IMG/VR virus record: IMGVR_UViG_3300033064_000910
Span: 20,769 to 84,768 of that record
Origin: a virus
Lineage: Duplodnaviria; Caudoviricetes
DNA length: 64,000 nucleotides
Reading direction: 5' to 3' (one strand)
Under the pieces are notes generated by a model. The model ran no database searches. It saw only the letters and a list, made by a program, of their open reading frames with translations, and was not told where the DNA came from. A program made the translations under genes and the position numbers. Shown piece after piece: positions 18,837 through 27,883 of the stretch (position 1 is its first letter; every line of letters begins with the position of its first letter).

Positions 18837-20492
18837 TTAGATAGCATTTAAATCTTTGATGTAGATTTTTCCATAATATTCCGGTCTGACCATCTTCTTA
18901 GCGTATCTAGTCATCACCCCGCGTCTTGGAGTGAAATTTTGAGGGTCATACACTAATGGAGTCATAATCAATGGTACATATGGAGCGTAAACAGCACCAG
19001 TCTCTAAGAAGTTGTTACCTCTATAACCCATCAAGATTTCGTTAGAAGTCATGTAAGGGTTTTTGTAAACTGTGTATCTATTGCTCATAGAACCTACTGC
19101 AGTAACACCAGCTGCGAATTGAGCTGCGTCTTTATCTGCATTTACTGTGAATCCAGGAATTGATTCCAAAATAGTACAAACATCTGGAGAAGCAACTACG
19201 AAGTTAGCTCCACCTCTAAGTGTCAATTGATGAATCTTGTTAGAAACTTTGTTCAATTTGATACCTAATGTTTGAAACCATGCATTCTTAGTGTATGCGT
19301 TAGAAGCACCACCGATGTTACCCCAAGCGTTTTGACCTGATGTACCATTGTTTAGGTATTCTTCACCTACAGTTGTAGACCAATATTCAGTTGTTAAAGC
19401 GTTTGATTTTAACATATCTAAGATTTCTAAATCAATCTCTAAAGAGATATAATCAGATAACATAGAAGTTAATTCAGCTTCTGCATCAATTGAATGGTAA
19501 GCGTTCAAATCTTGTGCTAATTCAGGAGTCCATACTGCTTTCAACTTACGAGTCTTAGCAACGATAGCCTCTGATTTCAATTCTAAGTCGATTTCAGGAA
19601 TATCTAATGCAGTTGTTGTGTTACCAGCAGAGTTTGCAGTTGAATCTTCGAAATCACCTCTGTCATAAGCAACAGGTACTTCAGAATAGATAACGTCAAG
19701 ATGACCACCAGCTAATGCCAATGAAGATGCAGATACATATAATGCAACGTTAGTACCAGATACATAACTAAATTGACCTAAAGTACTTACAATTCCAAAA
19801 CCTGCAGTTGCGTGTCCTTTCTGAACTTGGAAGCTTCTTACAGCTTCAGTATCAGCAGTTGCTGAAATGTTAGCTTTAGTTACAATGAATTTAACAATTT
19901 TACTAGCTGCTACAGAAGCTGAGTAAGCTTGGTCATATCCTAAATCAGCCCATGTTGCAGATGCTGAAGTGATATTTGCTGGTGCTACCGATGCAGTTGC
20001 ATCATTTACTGAATAGCCATAACGTCCTTCACCATAAAGACCGTTTGAAGCTGCGTCAGTTCTACCGAAGTTAGTAGCTGAACCAGTTGCGTTAGTACCA
20101 CCAAAAAGTGATTTACCACCGAACTGTCCTGCTCCACCTTGTGCAGAACCATATTTGAAGTCTAAGAAGAAGATAAGACCTGAAGGTAAGTTCATAGGTT
20201 GTACACTTACGAATTCCTTAGATGCGATTTCTCCGAAGATTCTTCTTACTAATGGTAAAGCAACACCAGACCATTCTTCTGATCCTGATGATGTACCTGT
20301 TTGAGTTGCCTCATCCAACAATTGTTTTGCTTGGTTCTCTAATAGAACTGCCATAGAGTGTTGGTCTCTTTCTTTCATACCTTCTAGAAGACCTGTTTTC
20401 TCCCATTTGCTTTTCAATTGACGTGTTTCAGCCAACATTACTGCTTGTGGGTTCTTGCCTTCCATAAGTTTACTTAAATCAAAATTTGCCAT
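18837..20492 (-). CDS. gp23: Major capsid protein (T4 gp23-like)
   Basis: VSVQPMNLPSGLIFFLDF, AKTRKLKAVWTPELAQDLNAYH, AVYAPYVPL, PRRGVMTRY. Confidence 0.97.
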   Translation of the reverse strand: MANFDLSKLMEGKNPQAVMLAETRQLKSKWEKTGLLEGMKERDQHSMAVLLENQAKQLLDEATQTGTSSGSEEWSGVALPLVRRIFGEIASKEFVSVQPMNLPSGLIFFLDFKYGSAQGGAGQFGGKSLFGGTNATGSATNFGRTDAASNGLYGEGRYGYSVNDATASVAPANITSASATWADLGYDQAYSASVAASKIVKFIVTKANISATADTEAVRSFQVQKGHATAGFGIVSTLGQFSYVSGTNVALYVSASSLALAGGHLDVIYSEVPVAYDRGDFEDSTANSAGNTTTALDIPEIDLELKSEAIVAKTRKLKAVWTPELAQDLNAYHSIDAEAELTSMLSDYISLEIDLEILDMLKSNALTTEYWSTTVGEEYLNNGTSGQNAWGNIGGASNAYTKNAWFQTLGIKLNKVSNKIHQLTLRGGANFVVASPDVCTILESIPGFTVNADKDAAQFAAGVTAVGSMSNRYTVYKNPYMTSNEILMGYRGNNFLETGAVYAPYVPLIMTPLVYDPQNFTPRRGVMTRYAKKMVRPEYYGKIYIKDLNAI

Positions 20493-20517
20493 TTTATTTA
20501 TTTGTTTTTATGGATTG

Positions 20518-21597
20518 TTATTTTATGATACCAGCTAATTGCTTAAAGCGATTTGCTAATTCATTACTTTCAGAAATAATTTCTTTCTTAGGAGCTGTTG
20601 TTGCTTGTGGTTTAGAAGCAAACCCTTCGGTCATTGTCTTCTTAGCCGCAACTTTTCTTTCAGTTCCAGTAAATTTCATTGATTCTGCAAGTGTAGCGTA
20701 AACTAATTTAACTTCTCTTACGTTAGAAGTTCTGTCCAAATTCTCAACAACTTTAACCTTTTGTTCATTAGTTAAGTTATAAGAACGGAACAATTTGTTT
20801 GCATAAAGTAATTTTGCGTTTAACAAATTTACTTCATTAATAGTGCCTTTTAAAGATTTAATAGTAGAAATTGCTTCTGCTAATTCTGATTGAAGTTTTT
20901 CTTTTTCTTCATCGTGATTTGCTTCTTCAGCTTCTGTTACTTCTTCTTCATCTTCACCATAACCCATTTCACGAAGGATTTCATCTAAATCGATTTCTTC
21001 CTCATCGTGTGCTGGTTCTTCGGCTTCCATAGCTGGTTCTTCAGCAGGAATTTCTTCTTCTGCATCGAACTCATGTTCGCCTTCTAATGCTGGTTCTTCA
21101 ATGTGAGCTTCCTCACCTTCTTCACCTGCGATTTGTGCTTCTAATTCTCTGATGATAGATTCTAAATCTAATTCATCTTCATCTTCTGCACCGAATTCAC
21201 CTTCTGTTGCTACTGGTTCTTCTGCAGGAATTTCTTCTTCTGCACCGAACTCATCTTCATTTTCAGTTAGGTCTTTAACTTTATCGTAGTCTTCTACTTC
21301 GCTTCCAGCTTCGCCAGATTGCTTAGAGATACCACTTAGGTCAGTTTGTGCTGAGTTTGCTTTGTCTGTAGGTTGTTTGTTATCACCAGTACCAATACCA
21401 GTAGAGATATCATTATCTTCATTCACATCTGCTTCTTCTTCTTCACCTTCCATTTCAGCGGTTAGTTTTTTAGAAAGAATAGATTGTAAACGAGGAGTAA
21501 ATGCTTCTTCTAATGCGATTTTAGCGTTAGCGATAGCAGTTTCACGTACAGCTTTAGCATCAGCAATTGCTTCTTTCAACAATTTTGAACTTGCCAT
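20518..21597 (-). CDS. Prohead core scaffold protein (gp22-like)
   Basis: Very acidic, coiled-coil C-terminus, repeated ELDLESIIRE/EIDLDEILRE; immediately precedes the capsid gene. Confidence 0.8.
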   Translation of the reverse strand: MASSKLLKEAIADAKAVRETAIANAKIALEEAFTPRLQSILSKKLTAEMEGEEEEADVNEDNDISTGIGTGDNKQPTDKANSAQTDLSGISKQSGEAGSEVEDYDKVKDLTENEDEFGAEEEIPAEEPVATEGEFGAEDEDELDLESIIRELEAQIAGEEGEEAHIEEPALEGEHEFDAEEEIPAEEPAMEAEEPAHDEEEIDLDEILREMGYGEDEEEVTEAEEANHDEEKEKLQSELAEAISTIKSLKGTINEVNLLNAKLLYANKLFRSYNLTNEQKVKVVENLDRTSNVREVKLVYATLAESMKFTGTERKVAAKKTMTEGFASKPQATTAPKKEIISESNELANRFKQLAGIIK

Positions 21598-21713
21598 TTG
21601 TTTTCCTTATTTATCGGATTTCTGAAGTCATTGTATTTGTGGACTTCAATAGAATGTTTTTATTGGCTTTTTGGTCACTACACATAAAGGTGAGTATTCA
21701 TTACCAATGTAAA

Positions 21714-21732
21714 AACCTATATGAAATAGGTT
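21714..21732 (-). terminator. Probable terminator downstream of the methyltransferase
   Basis: AACCTAT-5 nt-ATAGGTT stem followed by a T-run on the minus strand. Confidence 0.5.
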
Positions 21733-21787
21733 ATTGTATCAATAAATATAATAAAATTAATAAAAACGTAATTTTCTAAAAAATTCT

Positions 21788-23110
21788 TTAGAATAAATAA
21801 ATGTAATCAGTATATTTTTCTGATTTGAGCTTTTGACGAATACGCTCATCCGAACAACCAAAGAAGTTGGCGGCATCTATAATTGAATAAAATTGTTTAC
21901 CATCACAACTTATGATAGGTAATTCTAAACGGATATTGTTTCCCCATAAATCTTCCATTTCTTCGTAGGTAATATCCCAACCATCTGCTTTCTTCCAATG
22001 ACGGTATTTGGGATTGTTTGATTCTATATAATTTCTAGCTATTGATTCACTTATATCACCACCAATCAATTCTGCTACCTGTTTTGGATTCTCAAAAGGA
22101 ACTCCATCAACTTCGTATTTAATATCGGGCTTTGTTTCCTCACCAATGATTTGCCACTCTTTGTATTTGGATTTGGTTGAACGGCATCTTCTTTGGACTT
22201 CGGTAGCTACTAATTCATTTGGGTCTATTGATATAGCTGCTTCTCTAAATGATTTGTATTGTTTACCATCAACCACGCATTCATAAGTCCCATCCCATTC
22301 AATATCTTCTGCAGCAATATCAGGGTTTCCTTTTACAAATACTAATATGTTTTGATGAACTGATGCTACCTTACGATTTCTTTTAAAGTATGTATCAACC
22401 ACTCTAGCAGCCTGATGTTGGGAGTTGAATAGAATCATATCGTTATAGAAGTGTAGTCCAGCTTCTTCACATGCTCTAATTGTTTTCCAAACCAACCCTT
22501 TGTATTTACCGATTTTATAATTTCCGGTTACCGATTGTTCTCTTACTTCGGATACTACAACTGCAAAGAAACGATTATCTTTTAATTTTGCTGCAGCTTT
22601 TTTAAGAATTGAATAATATTTTTTATCAAATGAATCTGCATTCATATTTGATAGGTCTGCAGGATTATCGGTATATTTTTCCAAATCATAATACGGTGGA
22701 CAAGTAAACACAAAATCCTGTGTTTTATCATATATTGAATCAATAACCCACTCACTATCACCAGTAATCCAATTTGGTTTATCTGATTGTTTTTTATTTG
22801 CTTCTATTTGTTCATCGGAAAGGTCAATACCATTATAGATAAATCCCATTTCAGTTGCAACTATACCCCTAACACTACCACCAGCAAAAGGGTCTAATAC
22901 TCTACCTTCTTTTGGACAAAACCATTCATACATCTTTTCACAAAGTGTAGCATCAAATATAGAAACGGTATTATCTTCCCAAAAACGTGCTCTTGATTCG
23001 GTATCTTCTCTACCTAATTCCGATTGGATATTATAGGTGTTAATCCACCATCTTTTACGTTCTTGCCACTCTTTAGAACGAGTATCTAAAATTGAAAAAG
23101 GCTTAATCAT
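21788..23110 (-). CDS. DNA amino-methyltransferase (N4C/N6A type) fused to three NUMOD1-like DNA-binding repeats
   Basis: DPFAGGS (SAM-binding motif I), FTCPPYY (catalytic motif IV); three C-terminal V.DG..(Y/F).(S/N)...A repeats. The ATG at 23110 is preferred to the TTG at 23116, which lies inside the promoter. Confidence 0.85.
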   Translation of the reverse strand: MIKPFSILDTRSKEWQERKRWWINTYNIQSELGREDTESRARFWEDNTVSIFDATLCEKMYEWFCPKEGRVLDPFAGGSVRGIVATEMGFIYNGIDLSDEQIEANKKQSDKPNWITGDSEWVIDSIYDKTQDFVFTCPPYYDLEKYTDNPADLSNMNADSFDKKYYSILKKAAAKLKDNRFFAVVVSEVREQSVTGNYKIGKYKGLVWKTIRACEEAGLHFYNDMILFNSQHQAARVVDTYFKRNRKVASVHQNILVFVKGNPDIAAEDIEWDGTYECVVDGKQYKSFREAAISIDPNELVATEVQRRCRSTKSKYKEWQIIGEETKPDIKYEVDGVPFENPKQVAELIGGDISESIARNYIESNNPKYRHWKKADGWDITYEEMEDLWGNNIRLELPIISCDGKQFYSIIDAANFFGCSDERIRQKLKSEKYTDYIYLF

Positions 23111-23113
23111 ATG

Positions 23114-23145
23114 CAAATATACGAAAAAAGCTTGGAATAACCAAG
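23114..23145 (-). promoter_or_regulatory. Bacteroidota-type sigma-A promoter
   Basis: Minus strand CTTG-N20-TATATTTG (consensus TTTG-N19-21-TAnnTTTG), 3 nt before the ATG. Confidence 0.75.
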
Positions 23146-23150
23146 CTTTT
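23126..23150 (-). terminator. Rho-independent terminator overlapping the promoter spacer
   Basis: AAAAGCTTGG-AATAA-CCAAGCTTTT perfect 10-bp stem with a T-run on the minus strand. Confidence 0.8.
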
Positions 23151-23161
23151 ATTTATATTTT

Positions 23162-24814
23162 TTAATCTATTGCCGATACATCTAATTGTGCATCTGCATT
23201 CATTTGTTGTATATATTCTTCTTCTTTATCTCTCAATTGAATTAAATTCTTTTCATATCCTTGAATTTGTTTAGTTAGTTTAATCAGGATTTGTTTTAAA
23301 CTTTCTTTTTTCGTAGGGTCTTTCTCACTATTATAAGGAACTACTGCTTTCTTTCTATCAGCCATTAATTCTTTAATCTTCTTTTCAACTGCTCCTGTTT
23401 TTAAAAATATTTGTGGAACTCTACCACTTGCTTCGTTTACTGATTCTAATTTCAAACTACGTTGTGCATTAGTTAAACCACTAATAATAGATTCGATAGC
23501 TTTTTTAGTTGCAGCTTCATCTCTCATCATAACTCTTATTTCTAAAGCTTTAGTGTTTGCTTTTAAAAACTTAACAAATACGTTATAAATAGTTTTCCAA
23601 TCTTTTTCTTTAATTTCTTCGTTTACTACCGATTCATTAGGTACACAATTTGGAACTTGTCTACCACCCTTATCTTTCATACCAACTTGCTTATATCCTT
23701 TCCAACAAGGACCTTTATCTTCTTTAATAGAGTTACCCTCCATCACACCAACTGCAATATCACCTACTACAAAATCAGGCTTAGATACATATTTTTTATT
23801 TACGATAGCAACTTTGTTATTTGGAGTTGGTTGTATAATATAGATTGCCAATGGTTCGGTAGCGAAAGTATATTTCATACCTAATTTTTTCAATTCTGCA
23901 CCAACATTCATAAATGATTTTGCTGCTTCAACTGCTCCTTTGATTTTATCCATATCAGCAGAAGAAACTCCCTCACTTACACTTTCTTTACTAATGTTTT
24001 GTTTTTTGTAATTAGATAATGATTGTAATGCGTTTTTTAATCTTTGTTGAATAAGGTTTTTTTGTTCAGATGATTTTGTTGCTGCCATCTTATCTTTTAG
24101 TGCCTTAATTCTATTATTTAAATTTTGTATTTTTTCACCAGTGTTTGGTGCTTCGTTTACCGATTCATCTACGATTTGTACACCTTGTAAATATGTTCCA
24201 ATTTTATCATCATACTTCATAATATAATGAACGCCATCCATTCCAATATGTTTATTATATTTAGGAATTTTAGACCATTCTTTTTTACTAATAGTATGTT
24301 TTAATTTAGCAGGTGCTTCGTTTACTGATTCTTTGAATAAATTTGTAATTAATCCACCCGAAACATAATCCGGTAATATTTTTTCTAAATCTTTATGGGA
24401 TACTTTACCCATTTTTTCAACTTTATTTGCGAAAGCTTTAGTTGATTGATTTTTTCTCATTTTATTTGCAATAACTTTTGCATCAACTTTTTTATCAGAA
24501 ACAGTTTCGTTTACACTTTCGTTTGAATCACCATATTCGTGATAGTTTCCAGATGCTTGAGAAATTAAGTTTTCTGCTTTAGCTATATGGTCTTGAATCC
24601 AAGCTGGGATTTGTTTTTCATCCTCACCCATTTTAGCTTTCAATTCAGTTGCCATCTTAATAATGATATCTATTGAATTATTTGCCATAGAAACTTCGTG
24701 GTCTTCACCCTCACCTTCTTTAATGAATGCGTTTGCAAATGGATTAGAAATTACTTTACCCATTTCAAATTTACCAAATGCTTTTTGAGATACCAATCCT
24801 GCTAAACTAATCAT
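23162..24814 (-). CDS. Modular internal head polyprotein with ESV(N/S)E linkers
   Basis: Six ESVNE/ESVSE/ESVVNE linkers separate unrelated small modules, e.g. PAWIQDHIAKA and GPCWKGYKQVG...VPNCVP. Confidence 0.7.
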   Translation of the reverse strand: MISLAGLVSQKAFGKFEMGKVISNPFANAFIKEGEGEDHEVSMANNSIDIIIKMATELKAKMGEDEKQIPAWIQDHIAKAENLISQASGNYHEYGDSNESVNETVSDKKVDAKVIANKMRKNQSTKAFANKVEKMGKVSHKDLEKILPDYVSGGLITNLFKESVNEAPAKLKHTISKKEWSKIPKYNKHIGMDGVHYIMKYDDKIGTYLQGVQIVDESVNEAPNTGEKIQNLNNRIKALKDKMAATKSSEQKNLIQQRLKNALQSLSNYKKQNISKESVSEGVSSADMDKIKGAVEAAKSFMNVGAELKKLGMKYTFATEPLAIYIIQPTPNNKVAIVNKKYVSKPDFVVGDIAVGVMEGNSIKEDKGPCWKGYKQVGMKDKGGRQVPNCVPNESVVNEEIKEKDWKTIYNVFVKFLKANTKALEIRVMMRDEAATKKAIESIISGLTNAQRSLKLESVNEASGRVPQIFLKTGAVEKKIKELMADRKKAVVPYNSEKDPTKKESLKQILIKLTKQIQGYEKNLIQLRDKEEEYIQQMNADAQLDVSAID

Positions 24815-24815
24815 A

Positions 24816-25364
24816 TTATTTCTTTTTATTACCTAATCTTTCATGCATTGTATCAGTACTGATATCTGCTATCTCATAGTAACGATTTAAGATGTGACCC
24901 ATATCTTCATATAAAGAATGTAGTCTTTCATCCATTTGTTTTGCTTCTACAGCGAATTTATCAAATGATTTACCCATCTTATCTAATTCCTGCATATTTC
25001 TTTTTACAGTCACATTATCAAACCAATCACCACTTTCTCTCAGGGTCATTTCTTTTGCAGCCTCAACGATAGCACCTAAAGTATTTGCTACTTCAGTTAC
25101 ATCCGATTGTCTTTTCATTTGGTCTTGGAAAGTGTTGTAAGTAGAAATTATTTCTAAGAAGTGTTTTTTAACTTCGTTTGATAATTTTCTATCTCCTAAG
25201 TTTTCAGCTAAGCTGAATTTACCATTTACTATTTTTACTTCTTTCAAGTTAGTTTTACGGATATCATTATATGCTTTATGCACAGTAGTTCCTTTTGGTG
25301 CATCAACTTTTAAGGTTATCTTATTGTTGTGTACGAAATCGTATATATCAAAATTATTTGCCAT
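24816..25364 (-). CDS. Hypothetical head-cluster protein
   Basis: 182 aa, helical, tightly coupled downstream of the protease gene. Confidence 0.6.
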   Translation of the reverse strand: MANNFDIYDFVHNNKITLKVDAPKGTTVHKAYNDIRKTNLKEVKIVNGKFSLAENLGDRKLSNEVKKHFLEIISTYNTFQDQMKRQSDVTEVANTLGAIVEAAKEMTLRESGDWFDNVTVKRNMQELDKMGKSFDKFAVEAKQMDERLHSLYEDMGHILNRYYEIADISTDTMHERLGNKKK

Positions 25365-25366
25365 TT

Positions 25367-25960
25367 TTATGCTATTTCAGTTATTATTTCTCTCATTAAA
25401 TCCTGTGCTTTACAGTATTCACCACAAGCATCAGTACCAATTTGTTTTAGTGGATTTACGGATTCGTTCATTGGGACCATAAATGCACCATGCGTTGATG
25501 GGTTTGAAACAAAGTCCCAACCAATCAATTCAAAATCGTCTGCCACTTCTACTTTATTTCCACTCAAAGGTTTAGTTGAACCCATACCTCTTGATGAAAT
25601 ACCCAATAGGATACCAGCTTTTAGTAGTTCTTTAAGTATATTACCAGATGGTGTGGATAAAACCTCAACGGTTCCACATAAATCATCACCATCCCACCAT
25701 ATTTCTTTAATATTGTGTGAAACATTCTTTAAGTTGATTACAGTAGAATCCGGATGGTCTAATTCACCCAATGCTCTACGCTCTTTAATGAACGTTTCGT
25801 ATTTCTTAGCTTCTCTTTCTAATATAGGCTTTGGATAAACTCTACCATTTTGATTTTCGGCACCAGCTCTTTGCAAGACACCTTTAACAAGGGTTCTCCC
25901 ACCTTCATCTTCTTGTACCTTAGCCTCAAATAATTTCGTTTCTATTAAAAGTCCTTTCAT
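25367..25960 (-). CDS. gp21: Prohead core protease (T4 gp21-like)
   Basis: NQNGRVYP, ALGELDHP, LGISSRGMGS, WDFVSNPS. Confidence 0.95.
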   Translation of the reverse strand: MKGLLIETKLFEAKVQEDEGGRTLVKGVLQRAGAENQNGRVYPKPILEREAKKYETFIKERRALGELDHPDSTVINLKNVSHNIKEIWWDGDDLCGTVEVLSTPSGNILKELLKAGILLGISSRGMGSTKPLSGNKVEVADDFELIGWDFVSNPSTHGAFMVPMNESVNPLKQIGTDACGEYCKAQDLMREIITEIA

Positions 25961-25969
25961 TATATATTC

Positions 25970-26389
25970 TTATTTCTTTGATTCCATTTTGCTCCTAATC
26001 TTATTAGCAATAGTACCTAATTGAGTTTTATCAATACCTAAACTATCAACTACTTGTGCTACCAATTGTAATTTTTGAGTAGGGTTTAATTTAGCATCTT
26101 TGATTTTATCAATTGCTAATTCCAATTTTTGTTTAACAGCTGATGGGATTACCGCTTTTGGTAACTCTGCTGAAATATCTTCGCTTACTGATTCATTCTT
26201 TTCACCTTTACCATTCCATGCAGAATCTACTTTATTAAAGAATGCTTTCTTTTCTTCATCAGACATGTCATTGATACCTTTACCTGCTTTTTCTAAAGCT
26301 TTAGCAAAAAACGCCTGATATTCGTTTTCTTCTACCATTACTTCTTTAACTAATTCTTTTAGTCTTGATTTTGTAATTGATGTGTTCAT
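25970..26389 (-). CDS. Hypothetical head-cluster protein
   Basis: 139 aa, contains an ESVSE linker. Confidence 0.6.
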   Translation of the reverse strand: MNTSITKSRLKELVKEVMVEENEYQAFFAKALEKAGKGINDMSDEEKKAFFNKVDSAWNGKGEKNESVSEDISAELPKAVIPSAVKQKLELAIDKIKDAKLNPTQKLQLVAQVVDSLGIDKTQLGTIANKIRSKMESKK

Positions 26390-26390
26390 A

Positions 26391-26948
26391 TTATAGTGTT
26401 CTAATTTTTTCTGAAAGGTTCATTAACCTTTCTTTGATTTTATGTAAACTTTTGTGTGTTCTTTTATAGTAATCATCTCTCTTAACTCCATTCTCATTCT
26501 TTATTTTAGAATACCAGTTAACAAACTTTTCTACTTCACCCAATTGTTGTTTGATGCTTGTCACACCTTTACTCATTTTAGCTTTAGGGGATGCATCTCC
26601 GTTTTTAATATCTAACCAACGATTTTCAGCCAAATGTAAATTCTTTTCAGCTAATTCCATACCACTAATAACTGCAATTTCTGCACCTGGTTCTTTTTTA
26701 GCTGCTGTTGGTTTTTCTTTTTCTTGCTTTAGATTTAATATCTTTGCTTCCTCTAAATCATCAACAACCTCACCACCAGTTACGTTAGCCAATCTTTTGT
26801 TTTTCTTTGCAGTTTGACCTGGTTTTGAAAATGCGTTTGGAGTATCATACCCAGCAACATTAGCCGTTGCAGACATTTCATCCAAAGTTTTTTGAATGTT
26901 TCGTTCTCTAACGTATTTACGAATTACTTCTTTTAATCTTGCTTCCAT
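26391..26948 (-). CDS. Hypothetical head-cluster protein
   Basis: 185 aa, charged; TAATG-coupled. Confidence 0.6.
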   Translation of the reverse strand: MEARLKEVIRKYVRERNIQKTLDEMSATANVAGYDTPNAFSKPGQTAKKNKRLANVTGGEVVDDLEEAKILNLKQEKEKPTAAKKEPGAEIAVISGMELAEKNLHLAENRWLDIKNGDASPKAKMSKGVTSIKQQLGEVEKFVNWYSKIKNENGVKRDDYYKRTHKSLHKIKERLMNLSEKIRTL

Positions 26949-27817
26949 TATTTTACTTTAGATTTAAGTTCTTTAATTAGCTCATAAGAAAGCATAATAG
27001 ATGAAACTTGAGAATCAGATACAGTTTTTCCAATTTTCATTTTTTCTAAAAGGGAAATAGTTTCTGATAATTTAATTTGTGTAACTTTATCTTTTAGTTT
27101 TGATTTAATACCATTTAATTCTGCAATTATGTTTGGTAATTCCTTTCCGATATAATCTACGAATTTGGTAGTATTTGTAATGTTGTTTATATATTCTTTC
27201 AACAAATTCTTTTGAGAATCATCTAAATTTGTATATTTTTTGTTAAAAGTTTCCACTAGAATCTTATAGGTAAGTAATCTAAGGTCTTTATCTTGTTGTT
27301 TATAAGTTTCAATCAACCTTTTTTCTTCAGTTGGTTGAATTTTTTGGGCGGGCTTTGATGTAATGTTTTCGATTAGGGTAATCTTTGAATTAAATATATC
27401 TTTAATATCATATCCATCTGCTCTTTTAGATTCGAATACTTTATATATAGATGCTAATGTTTTATAATTAGAAATAGGGGATGCTAGAAATTGTTCAATT
27501 TCAAATTTTTCTGAAATTTCCTTAATAAGATTGAATTTTTCTTTAGAAAGTGTAACGTGATTTAGCTTATTATGAGCATCACATACAGTTTCTACCAATC
27601 TATCCGCTTTTGTTTCAGAACTATACTTTTCTTTTAACAATATATCATAAAGACGTAATTCTTTGTTTAACTCCGTATTTGGAGAAAAGAATTCTCTTAA
27701 GATATTCTTTGCGTTTTCAGTCTTATCGCCATTAAGAACTTCCAATGTTATTTGTCTTACTAATAATTCAAATAACACACCAGTATTCTTAAATTTGGAA
27801 TGTTTTATTTTTTTCAT
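26948..27817 (-). CDS. Hypothetical helical head-cluster protein
   Basis: 289 aa, first gene after the portal, with a late motif upstream. Confidence 0.65.
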   Translation of the reverse strand: MKKIKHSKFKNTGVLFELLVRQITLEVLNGDKTENAKNILREFFSPNTELNKELRLYDILLKEKYSSETKADRLVETVCDAHNKLNHVTLSKEKFNLIKEISEKFEIEQFLASPISNYKTLASIYKVFESKRADGYDIKDIFNSKITLIENITSKPAQKIQPTEEKRLIETYKQQDKDLRLLTYKILVETFNKKYTNLDDSQKNLLKEYINNITNTTKFVDYIGKELPNIIAELNGIKSKLKDKVTQIKLSETISLLEKMKIGKTVSDSQVSSIMLSYELIKELKSKVK

Positions 27818-27883
27818 TTACTTACCCTATATTTATTCTACCCTATAAACTAACACATATAAATATAAACAAATTTTTCTTTA

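Noticed and set aside
21597-21788. tRNA or known riboswitch in the longer intergenic gaps (also 47648-47982)
   Set aside because: No cloverleaf, T-loop or CCA pattern and no recognisable aptamer; only short hairpins.
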